A stretch of DNA of 64,000 bases from Felis catus (taxonomy: Eukaryota): NCBI RefSeq assembly GCF_018350175.1, contig NC_058368.1, forward strand, positions 110,548,001-110,612,000, written 5' to 3'. This document shows positions 26,506 through 38,668 of the stretch, in pieces. Under the pieces are notes generated by a model. That model searched no databases. It worked only from the letters and a program-made list of their open reading frames with translations, and was not told the origin of the DNA. Positions within the stretch are counted from its first letter, which is position 1; each line of letters opens with the position of its first letter. Position numbers and translations under genes: made by a program.

Positions 26506-26870
26506 TGCTATAATCTGAATGCTTGTGTTTCCCCAAAATTCCTGTGATGGAATCCTAACCCATAAGGTGATGCTATTTGGGCAGTGGGACTTTGGGGAGA
26601 TAATTAAAACATAAGGACAGAGCCCAGGATTAGTGCCCTTATAAAAGAGTCCCTGCCTAGCCAAGTGAGACTCACTTCAGCCAAGCGAGGAAACAGTGAA
26701 AAGACAGCCACCTATGAACCAGAAAACCCTCACCAAATACAGAATCTTCTGGTGCCATGATTCCAGACACACCAGCCTCCAGAACTGTGAGGAATACCTG
26801 CTTGCTGTTTCTAAGCTGCCCTCCTCCCAGGGTATGGTATTTTGTTACAGCAGCTTGCACAGACTAGAAA
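26506..26870 (+). mobile_element. MaLR solo LTR (MLT1A-like)
   Basis: 'tgctataatctgaatgcttgtgtttccccaaaattc...cagcctccagaactgtgag...tatggtattttgttacagcagc'. Confidence 0.88.
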
Positions 26871-26885
26871 ATGATTACGCATTTT

Positions 26886-27112
26886 TTATTTTTTATTTAT
26901 TTTTTTTATTTTTTTTTAATGTTTATTTTTGAGACAGAGACAGAGCATGAATGGGGGAGGGGCAGAGAGAGAGGGAGACACAGAATCTGAAACGGGCTCC
27001 GGGCTCTGAGCTGTCAGCACAGAGCCCGACGCGGGGCTTGAACTCACAGAACGCGAGATCATGACCTGAGCCGAAGTCGGCCGCTCAACCGACTGAGCCA
27101 CCCAGGCACCCC
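26886..27112 (-). mobile_element. Can-SINE (feliform type, very young-looking)
   Basis: Near-consensus, CpG-rich; TSD gattac(g/a)catttt at 26873 and 27113. Confidence 0.97.
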
Positions 27113-27238
27113 GATTACACATTTTCTAAAAAGAGAATAAAACAATGAAAGGATGCTTTCTGCCTGCACACATTGTTATACAAGGACATGAAGGACGGGT
27201 GGATACACAGCAGCCATTTTGTGACCAGGAGAGCCAGT

Positions 27239-27265
27239 GGGGGGGGGGGGGGGGGGGGGGAGGGG
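27239..27265. repeat. Poly-G tract (G22 + AGGGG)
   Basis: Seen directly. Confidence 0.95.
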
Positions 27266-28610
27266 CGGAATAGAAACAGTATGTGCCCTCAGTAACACTG
27301 TTACCAAACCTGGAGCTGCCCCACCTCAGACAGTCTCATTAGATGAGATGAATCCCTTTACTGTGTAAGCCATTCGAGCTGGGTTTTCTGTTACTAACAT
27401 ACAACAGCATGCCGCAAGGAAATAGTAACAGCCATTCTTGTGAGGACACATAACAGATGAGCTGTGCCTCTACTCATGCTTCCATTATAGAGAAGAAATG
27501 AGATCTTCAGGGTAAATAGAGAGGACTAAACATAGACCTTTATCTCTGCCTCCTACCCCTCAAAAAACTCCTCTAAAGTAGCAGTGAAGGTCTAAAGTGA
27601 CAGAAACCCACCAGGACAAAGAAAAGAGAAGATGACGAATGACAAATATAATAACAACAGTTTGGAAGCTGGAAAGCAGATGCCAACTGGCTTTGCAGAT
27701 GAGAGAAAACTGAAACATAAGCCTGAGTTTGGGTGAACAAGCCCATTCAGAACCCGGAAAAAGCCCAGGACTTGAAGCAGCAGCAAATACCTCTGAGGCA
27801 TAGATAGGGCTAAACACAGGAGGACTCATGGAAAGTCTAGATGAGAACTAGGAATCCTACTCACACCTCCTAACAAGATGACCACCCTCCCCAAAGATGG
27901 CAGGTCAACTCTCTGGAGATTTGAGCTCAAAGAGGTTCTGGGCCAAAGGATGGCAGACAGAGCTGAGCACAGGAGTGAAGGACCGTATTAAAAACAGAGG
28001 GAATAAGGCTAAGTCTGTACACTGAATGGTAACGACTTGTGCCACCTTCTCTCCCTAAACTTCTGGAAAGTTCTCAGCCAAACCTATGCTCTTCCTCCAG
28101 GCAGGGAAGAGAAGGATTTCTCTCTTGAGAAAATGACCACCCCAAGAGAAAAGAACTAAAGATACTGATACCAGGGAATCCCATATGAAAATAGCCAAGT
28201 CTACCCACCCTGTCACCCTGTACGGAGTCTCACTCGTCATCAAGCCTCAACCAAGCACAAGTTTCTTCCAGCAGGCACCTGGTGCCTCTCTCTTAGATAC
28301 GTGTGGAGAGCCAGAGAGCACCAGACATTGGAGAAAAGTCTCTAACTGAAAGTCACACGAGAGCAAACAGGAAATAAAAGAATTCCAAAGAAAATACAGA
28401 GATGGCAGGAAAGAGAAGAAAAAATATATAATGTATGTATTTTAATACCCACAGAAAAATTAGAAGTTACTGCATTTCATAAAATAAGAACAAGGGGACT
28501 ATAAAGTGAGCATTTGGGAAAAAAGTCTTCGAAATTAAAAATGATAACAGAAATTTTTTTCACCAATGGAATATTTGAAAAAGTAGGAAAAAATCTCCAT
28601 TTAAAATAGA

Positions 28611-28818
28611 GGGGCGCCTAGGTGGCTCAGTCGGTTGAGTGTCCGACTTCGGCTCAGGTCATAATCTCGCCGTTTGTGAGTTTGAGCCCCACGTCGGGCT
28701 CTGTGTTGACAGCTCAGAACCTGAAGCCTGCTTTAGATTCTGTGTCTCCCTCTCGCTATGCTTCTCCCCTGCTTACACCCTGTCTCTTTCTCAAGAATAA
28801 ATAAGAAAAATTTTTTTT
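28611..28818 (+). mobile_element. Can-SINE (feliform type)
   Basis: ggggcgcctaggtggctcagtcggttgag head; aaaataga on both sides. Confidence 0.96.
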
Positions 28819-28834
28819 AAAAATAGAAAAAAAA

Positions 28835-28937
28835 GGGGCTCCTGGCTGGCTCATCAGTGAGGCATGCAACACTTGACCCTTGAGGTTGTGGGTTCGAGCC
28901 CTACAATGGGTTTTAAGATTACTTAAAATTTTTAAAC
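28835..28937 (+). mobile_element. Short tRNA-derived Can-SINE
   Basis: ggggctcctggctggctca...ggttcgagccc...agattacttaaaa; TSD aaatagaaaaaaa at 28821 and 29328. Confidence 0.88.
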
Positions 28938-28940
28938 ATG

Positions 28941-29310
28941 TGAGTGGCTTAGTCCATTGAGCGTCCAACTCTTGATTTTGGCTCAGGTCATGATCCCAGG
29001 ATCATGGGATCGAGCCCTGCATCGGGTTCCACACTGAACATGGAGACTGCTTAAGATTCTCTCTCCCTCTGCCCCTCTCTCCTGCTCACGCACATACACA
29101 CACACACACATACTATATATATATATTTTTTTTTACATATATAAAATATTATATATAAACATATATAATATATAATATATATAATTATATATAATATTTT
29201 TATATTATATAAAATATATATTATATATAATATTTATATATATAACATTTATATATATAAATATATAACATATATTTGTATATATAATACATATATTATA
29301 TATATATAAT
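28941..29310 (+). mobile_element. Can-SINE whose tail is a (CA)n plus AT-rich tract
   Basis: Body 28941-29090; TSD atttttaaac at 28928-28937 and 29311-29320. Confidence 0.9.
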
Positions 29311-29312
29311 AT
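29111..29312. repeat. (TA)n-rich low-complexity tract, about 200 bp
   Basis: Almost pure A/T with alternating TA runs. Confidence 0.95.
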
Positions 29313-30048
29313 TTTTAAACCTTCAACAAATAGAAAAAAAGTAGAAAATAAGAAAGATAAGAAAATTCAAGAATTACTCTAACAAGCTTATCCTTCATCT
29401 AATAGAAGTTACTAAAAAAGAAAATAAAGGTAACAGAGAAGATGCAGTTATCAAACACTAACACAAGATATTGCTCCAGAACTGAAAGAAATGTGTTCCA
29501 AGACTTAACAGATCCTCCGAGTGTATGGCACCATGAATTAACCTTTGAAAGTCAATTTAAAACTTTTTAATTTTTTAAACCATTCCAAGGAATATCACCA
29601 TGAAATGTAGAACAAAGAACTGGAGAGAAATCCTAAAATCTTCCAAAGTAAATAAACAGGTCACATACAAACCCCAGGATCTGAAACATGTCTGATGTCT
29701 CAACAACAATGGAAGCCAGGAGACAATAGAACAATGCTTTCAAACTCTGAAGCGAAATGATTTCCAATCCAGAGTCAGCCACAGTATCAGTCAAATGTGA
29801 GGCTACAATAAAGACATTTTCAGATAAGCAACGTCTTCAAAAACTTACCTCCTAGTCACCCTTTCTCAGGCAGTTACTGAAGACAAGAAGAGAAAATTCC
29901 AACAAAGAGGAAGAAGTGGGATCCAGGGTGCAGGGGACGCTCTAGAAACAGGAGACAGGTAAGAATCTGGGTGCTACATACAGAGAACTGTCTGGACAAG
30001 ACCTGCAGGCCGGAGGTTCACAAAGGCTGTGTGAAAAATACACAGATT

Positions 30049-30287
30049 GGGGCGCCTGGGTGGTGCAATCTGTTAAGCCCCCAGCTTCGGCTCAGTTCAT
30101 GATCTCATGGTTCCCGAGTTCGAGCCCCGGGTTGGGCTCTGTGCTGACAGCTCAGAGCCTGGAGCCTGCTTCAGATTCTGTGTTTCTGTCTTTCTCTGCC
30201 CCTCCCCTGCTCACATTCACTTGCTCTCTTTCTCTCTGTCTCTCTCAAAAATAAGAAAATAAATAAATAACCTAAAAAAAAAAAAAA
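30049..30287 (+). mobile_element. Can-SINE (feliform type)
   Basis: TSD gaaaaatacaca(g/a)at at 30033 and 30288. Confidence 0.97.
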
Positions 30288-31392
30288 GAAAAATACACAA
30301 ATAAATAAAACAAGTCCATCACTGGATAGGTTGGAAATATTCAGAGATGTTCATTTCTGTCACGGAGTTTGGGAAATCATTTGTAATTGGTTCATATAAG
30401 CAAAACGAAGAAAAATGGAGGCAATCATTCTGAGAAAATTTGAAACGGTACAAGAAACAATAATCGTCATACTACATATGGTTCTCTGTGAATAACAGCT
30501 ACATAGTGATAATAATGTAAACATTGAATACTGACTTAACCCAAAATTAAGACTTAACATCCTCAGAGGGGCAGGAGAAGGGAAGCTGGGGGGCAGGGGT
30601 GGGGGCAGAGGGTAGCAGGAGAGGGTGCTGTGTACATTATAAAATTACAAATCCCCCCCTTCCACAAAAGAAAATCAAAGGATCATATCTAAAATTTTTT
30701 ACAAAACCAAGAAATTGCAGTTAAGTCAACTAGTATAGAAATATGGAGAAAATACATGAAATAGAAGAAAAACTCAGTTAAACACTGAAAGCTGTTGGTT
30801 CCCCAGGAGCTGGGTGCAGAGAACAGGGGGGCAGGGCACTACCATCATTCTCTGTAAGCCCAGTGCCTCTATTTGGGTTCTGAAACTTGCACGCCAAACC
30901 AGGACTTCAAAAGTTTAAAAAGCCAAAAAACAGAAATTGTCTGCTGATCTCCTGGCATCGAAGCTGGTCTGTACCCACTTCCAGGGGAGGCTGTGCACCA
31001 CCCGAGGACCCAGCATCTGACCTGGGGAGCTTACGATCCAGCCAAGACAAAAGAGCAGAAAAGACAGCAGGTTGTTTTCAGTGTTACACTGTTACCAGCA
31101 GCGCTGTGGGGACATCACTAGACATGCCTCCTTGCTGACGTATGCCCATGTGTCTCTAGATTAGAGACATAGAAGCTAGGTGGCCAAGACCAAAGGGCAG
31201 CAGTTTAAATTTTCACAGACACTGCCAAATTCTCCTCTGAGAGGGCTGCCCAGGGTATGCTGTCAACAGCAGTGGGAAAGTCTCCCTCACTCTGCTGACA
31301 CTTAATAGTAGCAATCCTTCTCCTGTTTGCCAAACTGCCAGGTGACAAAGCTATATCTCCTTTTCCAAACTTACATCTTCATAATTACTAGT

Positions 31393-31742
31393 TGTCTTAT
31401 TCTGTTCAGGTTGCTATAACAGAATTACCCCAGACTGTGTGGCTTACCAACAACAGACATTTATTTATCTCTCAGATTTAGAGGCTGGAAGTCCAAGATC
31501 GAGGTGCTCACAGATTTGGTGTCTGGTGAGGGCCCGCTTCCTGGTTGATAGACAGCTGACCTAGGTCCTCACATGGTGAAAGGCCAAGGGAGCTCTCTGA
31601 GTCTCACGTATAAGGGCACTAATCTCATTCACGCGAGGTCCCCACCCTTGTGGGCCCAAAGGCCCCACCTCCTAATGCTATCACCTTAGAGACTAGGTTT
31701 CAACATTTAAATTTTGGGGAGACAAACATTCAGTCTATGGCA
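31393..31742 (-). mobile_element. MaLR solo LTR (MLT1A-like)
   Basis: 'tgtcttattctgttcaggttgctataaca...gaggctggaagtccaagatc...caaacattcagtctatggca'. Confidence 0.88.
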
Positions 31743-31894
31743 CTGGAATATATTCAAAAATAAATAAACTTAGGAATACACTGCAACATTTAAAAAGTAA
31801 GGTGTTGGCATGTGTTGGCATGAAAATATCTCCAAGATGTATTGTTCAGTGGTGGAAGCAATTTGCAAACAATAAATACCAAATGATACTATTT

Positions 31895-32110
31895 TTTTTA
31901 ATTTTTTAACTGTTTATTTATTTATTTTGGAGAGAGAAAGAGAGAGAGCGCACAAGCAGGGGAGAGGCAGAGAGAGAGAGGGAGACACAGGATCCAAAGC
32001 AGGCTCTGAACTGTCAGCACGGAGCCTGACACAGGCTCGAACTCACCAGCTGGGAGATCATGACTTGAGCCAAAGTCAGACGCTCAACCGACTGAGCCAC
32101 CCAGGTGCCC
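31895..32110 (-). mobile_element. Can-SINE
   Basis: TSD cca(a/c)atgatactattt at 31879 and 32111. Confidence 0.96.
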
Positions 32111-32164
32111 CCACATGATACTATTTATGTTCATAAATACACGCACAAAAATTCTGTGTATGTG

Positions 32165-32370
32165 GGTGTGCCTGGGTGGCTCAGTAGGTTGAGCATCCGA
32201 CTCTCGATTTTGGCTCAGGTCATGATCCCAGGGCTGTGGGATCAAACCTCATGTTTGATGGTGAGTGTGGAGCCTGCTTAAGATTCTCTTTCTCCCTCTG
32301 CCCCTTCCCTGTATGTGCACATGCTCGCTGTCTCTCTCTCTCTCTCTCTCTCTCTCAAAGAAAAAAGAAA
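32165..32370 (+). mobile_element. Can-SINE
   Basis: Perfect 18-bp TSD aaaaattctgtgtatgtg at 32147-32164 and 32371-32388. Confidence 0.96.
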
Positions 32371-35300
32371 AAAAATTCTGTGTATGTGTAAATTCATGAG
32401 AATGGTTTGAAAGAAAACATACCCAAGAGTGACTGTGGTCTTTACTTGGGAAGGTGGTGGGAAAGTATCCTCAGGACTTCTTTCTCCATAAGCACAGCAG
32501 ACAAATACGAAGGCTCTGGACCAGGCAACCAGGTGCTAAGCCCAGCTATGTAGCCCTCCATTTTCTCTTCTGTAAACTGGGGATAATAATACTTACCTCA
32601 TAGGGTCGCATAAAGATTACGTGTCACATACACATGTATACAAACACACCCACACACATCTGAATTCAGTGCTGTGTTCACTGTTGTCATCCGTAATGTT
32701 TGCTTGCTTAACAAGAAATCAACGTATATTTCATGTATTCATTGTTTAACTTCTTCTTTAAGAAGGAAATGGGGTGGCGGGAGAGTAAAGCCAAGGTGGG
32801 GCAAAAGGTAACAAAGCGCTTATGCAAAACGAGAGCCAGGGCACACAGGAGCAACCCCAGGAAGACCTCGCCTGGCATGGCCACCATCACCAGAGGCCAG
32901 AGAGGTCCAAGGTGAAAGGCACAGCACCCTGGAGCTGGGGCCCAGAGCCCGGCCCTCCCACCTACCAGCTCACCTGCGCCTCCCCCTCCGAGCCTCAGTT
33001 TCCACACCTGTACTGTATGGGGGTAGGGAAGCAGAGGGAAAGGAACCAGACTTAGAAGAGGGGGCAGCCCCAGCTCCTCTCAGGCTGTATCCCCACTGGT
33101 TCAGGTCCAAGAGTCCTGTCGCCTGAACATGGGGGGTCCAGGATGCCCAGTCCGGAGACGGCTGGGGACCCGGGTCCTGCCATCCCAGGCCCTCCCTGAG
33201 CCTACCCCTCTGTGACTACGTCCCCTCCTATTGCCATCAGGAGGCCCTGAGGCCCCGTCATCCCCCAGCCCAGACAGGGCCCCCTGTCTCCCACCAGGGC
33301 TGGGCTTTCCTTCCCAAACGTGGAGAGATGCAAGGCATCTGTTTCAACAGGCCCACATATTCACAACAGTGCTCCTCTGCGGAGTCCCAGCCAGGCCTGA
33401 GCCCTCACGGGAGCTCCCCCTCTGCCCACATTGCTCAAGGGCCACACCTGGAGCCTGGGCCAATGGGGCAACTGCCACACTCTGACCAGATATCCCCGCT
33501 TCTCCCCACCCACTCTCTGAGAACCAGGCTTCCGGTCCTGGCCACGGCTGGAGCTGCATTGCAGAGCCCACAGGTGCCCACTCACAGACTCCCTTTCTTT
33601 AAAACACTCCACACAAAGGCGCTTTTTATCTGGTTCAAAAACATGCTTTAAAAGCTTTAAAAGTCTTTGCAGTGGTTTCCCATGTTCTAGTCTCTTTCAG
33701 ATGATAATAGTTTTAATTATAACAATCATTATAACATAATACCTTCAATTTAGGCAATCAGCTCCATTCAGAATATTCAAATGGGGGAATGGTGACTGGC
33801 CAAACCAGGATTTCCTGGCACTTGGTTTCAGAAAGAAATTCCCTGGGGCCAGCAGGTGCTTGCTGCGACCTAGGGGCAGGAGACCCACTCCTTGGCAGGT
33901 TGTCAGACTTCCCAAGGGCAGGCCCAGAGGGAGCCCACAGGGATTCTGGCATAGGAATCCCCAAGCCTCCCCAGAAGAAACTCTGCAGCTCTAGAGACTT
34001 ACGGTGGCTCCCTATTGCCCAGAGAGTAAGGCTCCAATTCATCAGTCCTCTCCTATACAACTCCAGGCTCATCCTGCACAAAATCCCTGCAAATGCCACC
34101 TTTACCTGCCCATGTACTTTTCCCACACACAAGACACAACTGCCACCATCTATCAGGCACCGACCCTGCACCACGCACCATGTTAGCCCTAGGTGACCAG
34201 TCATTCCAGTTTGTCCAAGACTGTCCCCATTATTGTAGCTCTAAAAATCCATTCAACCCAGCACAGGAATGAACTCAATAAATGCCAACTGAGGTTCGTG
34301 AAAATCTGCTGGGAGTCCCAAGGCTGGAGGAATAAGAAAGCTTCATTGACTCATTCCACAAATATTCCCTGAGTGCCTACCACATGCCAGACCCTGTTCT
34401 ACGTGCTAGGAGCTTGTCAGGGAATGAAACCAGGAATCCCTGCACTCACGGGCCTCATAGTGAGTGGAAGGAAAAAGTCCTGCCAGTAGCTAGGATTTGG
34501 ACAAAGAATATAGGTTGCTCTATGTCAAGAACAGCCCGTGGTGGCTTGAAAATTGTGCCTGTCTGTGTCCTTGGTCGTGGAACAGAAGAGAGGGCTGGCG
34601 TTGGGAACATCCCTCAGCCCAGCAACAGCCTCAGAGCAGCAGCCCCTTAGAACAGTAGTGGAGCCAAAGGGTGGGTGTGGGGGGTCTTTAGGAACCCCTA
34701 AGTAAGCTCCATCATTGCCCCTACTTTTGATGAGCCACTTGACCATGTTTCCCTTGATGTGAAGCGCCACACAAATACAGCTAGTCTCTGTCCTGCTCCT
34801 CCACAGACCCCTGCCCCTAAGCCTCTCCATCTGCACAGGAACTCCAGAGCCTACAGGTGGGGACAGCGGCCCCACACCTTAGTGGGCAGAATGAGGGGTC
34901 TGGACTTGGTCCCGAGGGCTGCCATCTGAACTTGACTCATGGAACCCCATGAGAATCTAACACAAGTAGGATGTTTCCCCAGAGCTAGGCCTCTGCTCTG
35001 CTGGGGCTTTCAGGATCACTGTCCTGAGAGTCACAGAGCCCAGCTCAAAAAACTGCCTCCTCCAGGAAGCACTCCCAGACTTCTACCTTCTTACACCTGG
35101 AGAGTTCACTTCCTCTCACCTCTTATACTGTATAAGAGTATATACATCTCTATACACATATAAAGGTACAGATATACCTCTCTTTTTTCTAAGTATGTTG
35201 TACATTCTCAGCTTTCCACCCACACTGGTCACTGCCTCACACCCTGGCCTGGTCACTGAGCTTGACAAAAGTATGCACTAACAGAAATCTCCCCACCAAA

Positions 35301-35384
35301 GAGCCCACCTTAGGGCAGAATGAGATGCTTCCACAATCCCCATCTCCACCTGAGTTTCAGTGCATGGCAGCCAGCATTGTAGTC

Positions 35385-35627
35385 TTTTTAATTGTTTTAA
35401 TTACATTGTTTAACTTCTTTTTAAATTATTTTTCAGAGAGAGACAGAAACAGAGACACAGTACTAGTGGGGGAGAGGCAGAGAGACAGGAAGACACAGAA
35501 TCTGAAACAGGCTCCAGGCTCTGAGCTGTCAGCACAGGGCGCGAGGCGGGGCTCGAACTCACGGACCATGAGATCATGACCTGAGCCCACGTCAGATGCT
35601 TAACTGACTGAGTCACCTAGGTGCCCC
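35385..35627 (-). mobile_element. Can-SINE (feliform type)
   Basis: Reverse body 'caggctccaggctctgagctgtcagcacag', head at the right end. Confidence 0.96.
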
Positions 35628-36414
35628 AGCTTTTCATTTTTAACATGAAAGACCCTTCCTTCTATGATACAAATAGAATCATTTCCCTCTAAGAGGCAGG
35701 AGTCCTCGGACTCAAAAACCAGAGGTCGATGGTAACCAATGTGTTTCTTTCAAATAAGCCATAGCCGGCCACAGTTCCCTCGCAGATAAATGTGCACGCC
35801 GATGCCTAACGTGTTCACAGACTGGCCTGTCTCAGAAGGCATCACACACACGCCCCTCCCAGGGCTGACTGGCCTCTCACCCTCCTGCCACACTAGTGCT
35901 GTGCCACCTTGAGCGTGATGTATCCCGGCCCTCCCCTCCCTTTTCAAAGTCTAGAAATAGACTCTGTCCAAGCTGACAGATGCCTGTTCTGCACCCAGTC
36001 TGCTCTTGACTTAGATGCTCTACCCATGAACCAAATGCCAACTCACCAAAATGATTGCCATCCAGGGAAGGAAGAACCTCACCTCCTTCCTGTGGAATTA
36101 TTTATTTAGGGAAAGACTGATTCTTGAACTCCCCTGCTTAAACCCCTGACTTCGTGTGGATAAGAACTACCAGCTCACCAGTCTCAGAGGCCTTGTCACT
36201 GACCTTCCCCCATCTGGCCAGCTCTCTCAGCCTCATCCAGGGATGCCAGTAGCTCCCGGAAGGTTCCAAGCTCTTCCCTTTCCCAGGGCTTTCCAACACT
36301 CTGGCTTTCTACCTGGCCAGCTCACTTTTCAGGGCCAGTTTAAAACGGGTTTCCTCTGAGAAGTCTTCCCTACCTCCTGTGTAATCCAAATGTACTCTCT
36401 CTCTTTTAAGAAGC

Positions 36415-36660
36415 AATAAATACAGTGCTTAGCAGCAGGGAATTTGGAGTCCGAATTCCTGGTTCAAATCCCAGGTCTGCCGCTGACTAGCTTTGTGACT
36501 GTGGGCAAGTTACTTAACCTTTCTGTGCCTCCACTTCCTCATCTGTAAAATGGAGCTAATTCACAGAATTTGGGGGCTAATAAGAGGATGTCATCCACCT
36601 AAAGTGCTTGGAACCATGTGGATCACGTAGTAAATAATCAGTGTCAGCTGTTACTACTAT
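36415..36660 (+). mobile_element. MIR SINE
   Basis: 'ggttcaaatcccaggtctgcc...gtgactgtgggcaagttacttaacct...ttcctcatctgtaaaatgg'. Confidence 0.9.
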
Positions 36661-38449
36661 TGCCATCATCCTATACCTCCCATGGCCTTTGCTTTGCCTC
36701 CCTAGCCCTTCCTGCAGTTGGTAGCTGCATGTCTGCTTGGTGGTGATTTGCTGGCTGCTTAGAGTCCGCTCCGTAAGAGCAACCTCAAAGCCTGGCACGG
36801 TGCCTGGCATGCATAGGCACTCGGTAATTAACACTTGATTAAAGAATAATCATTGCTGGCTCTTTCTGCCTTGAGGTGGGAGGGGCTCTCAGAGGAGGGA
36901 GGTGGTCAGGATAGATGTGGCATGACTCACGGAGGCTGCCACCAGGACCGGGACCGAGGTGGACCCCCCAGAAAGCCAGGGGGCCTACCTGGGGAACAGC
37001 TGGTGAAGAGCCAGAGCTCACAGTCAGGCTTCCCAGCCCCAAGGCTCAGCTCCGCCTCGGACCCCCGTGTGGCCTTGGACAGGGCTTCTTAAACTCTCTT
37101 TGTCAAACGCCAGTGGGAAACCTTCCGCAACAAGTGAAGGTGGTATCCCCAAAGGGACGAGCAAAGCAAGCCCCGCTCCCCTTTCCTGCTGGCCTGAGCT
37201 GGCTCCTGACTGGACCCTGCATCTGCATTGCCATCTGTAGAGTATGTAAATCCACACAATTAATATTCTCATAATCTTACTGCAGCCATTTTTCTTCACG
37301 AATGTTTGGTCTCCGAGAACGCTGCATGTTCTGGAGGCACATTTACATTTCATTATCTCTAAAAGCTTAACTACCGTAACTAATGCTAGATTAATAAGTA
37401 GCCCCATCGAACAACTACTTTAAGCAACACCGCTTACACAGTCTCGCTGGCGGTGGAAAAGAGCGCTTTCAAACAGAGGCTATGGCTAAGAAGGGGTCAG
37501 TCGAGTTAAGTAGGCCTAATTTCTGTATCTCCCACGAGAGACTCTACATATCATTCTACAGGAGCAATTCAATCTCAGCCGAAGTCATCCGTTTCCCAGG
37601 CCCCTGTAAGCCCGGGACTGGAACCAGAAGCCGGTTAGATCCTTGTGGGCCACGTGGAGTGTTCCCCATCCCCACACCTAACAGGGCCCTGCCCGGGCTC
37701 TCAGCAGGACACCCGACTAGACAACACTAAGTTAATACGCATTTCCCACTGGAAGCCTCCTGTACAGCCTTGATGAAAAAGAAAACAAGCAGCCAAGTTT
37801 AGAGACATCAACATCAGACTCTGGCTGGAGGCCATGGGGCCACCTCCCGAGAGACAGCGCATGAGGCATGCCCTGACAGCAGCCACAGGTTCCAGGCTCT
37901 CTCTCTGGGCCTTCACTAGCTCTCAGAGCCCCCGGGAAGCACGTGCTGTGTAAATCCCAGCCGTTTGCCTTTGGGGAAGTGGCTATGATTATCACATTTT
38001 TGCAACACAGGCGAGATCACAGTTTCCCAGGGAACTATTGATGCAGGTGAAGTGTATGTTCCAGAAATTCCCTTCCCACAGTTTTCATCCCACCTCACTC
38101 TTCTCGAGGTGCCCCAACATGTCTGCTCAAGCTATTGTCTAGCCTTCAGCTATTGTGATGTCTCTTCAATGCAGTGTCCAACGTTCATAAAAGGCCCTTC
38201 TCCGGCAAGGGTCTGCTCTTCTCTAAGAACTTGATCATGGAGTAATGCACAGGCGCCTTCACCCGAGGAGCTGGGCTGTCCCCTGATGACCCTCTAAGCT
38301 AAGTTCTCCTGCCCAGTAGGCTCCAGGCCCTTCCTGGGCTCTGGAAAACAGCAATGGTGCCCAGGATGACTGAGTGTTCAGGGGCACCTATAGTCTGCAA
38401 GCTCTGGGGGCATTCCCCATCTCCCTGGCAAGTTGGAAAAAGCAAGACA

Positions 38450-38668
38450 GGGGCACCTGAGTGGCTCAGTTGGTTAAGCATCCGACTTTGGCTCAGGTCA
38501 TGATCTTGCGGTCTGTGAGTTCGAGCCCCACGTCGCACTCTGTGCTGGCAGCTCAGAGCCTGGAACCTGCTTGGGATTCTGTCTCTTCCTCTCTCTGACC
38601 CTCCCCCGTTCATGCTCTGTCTCTCTCTGTCTCAAAAATAAATAAACGTTTTAAAAAAAAAAAAAAAA
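38450..38668 (+). mobile_element. Can-SINE (feliform type)
   Basis: TSD aaaaagcaagacagg at 38437 and 38669; long pure A tail. Confidence 0.97.

Larger units (their letters stand above)
25526..27150 (+). mobile_element. Old L1 3' end (L1ME-like), interrupted by younger insertions
   Basis: 'accatttttcacctat...ggtataaaccccaggaagggcaattggcaacatct...ctgggaatttatcct' typical of L1ME 3' region. Confidence 0.75.
25300..27410 (+). mobile_element. Old MaLR LTR (MLT1J/K-like) split by an L1 insertion
   Basis: 5' half about 25300-25525; 3' half about 27150-27410 with 'cagcagccattttgtgacca...taagccattcgagctgggttttctgttact'. Confidence 0.55.
27500..30920 (+). mobile_element. HAL1-like (half-L1) element, near full length, interrupted by four SINEs
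   Basis: Decayed L1 ORF1-like segment 29340-29930 ('ggaagccaggagacaatagaacaatgctttcaaa...aataaagacattttcaga...caccctttctcagg') followed by a HAL1-like 3' region with no ORF2; about 2.45 kb after removing inserts. Confidence 0.7.
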
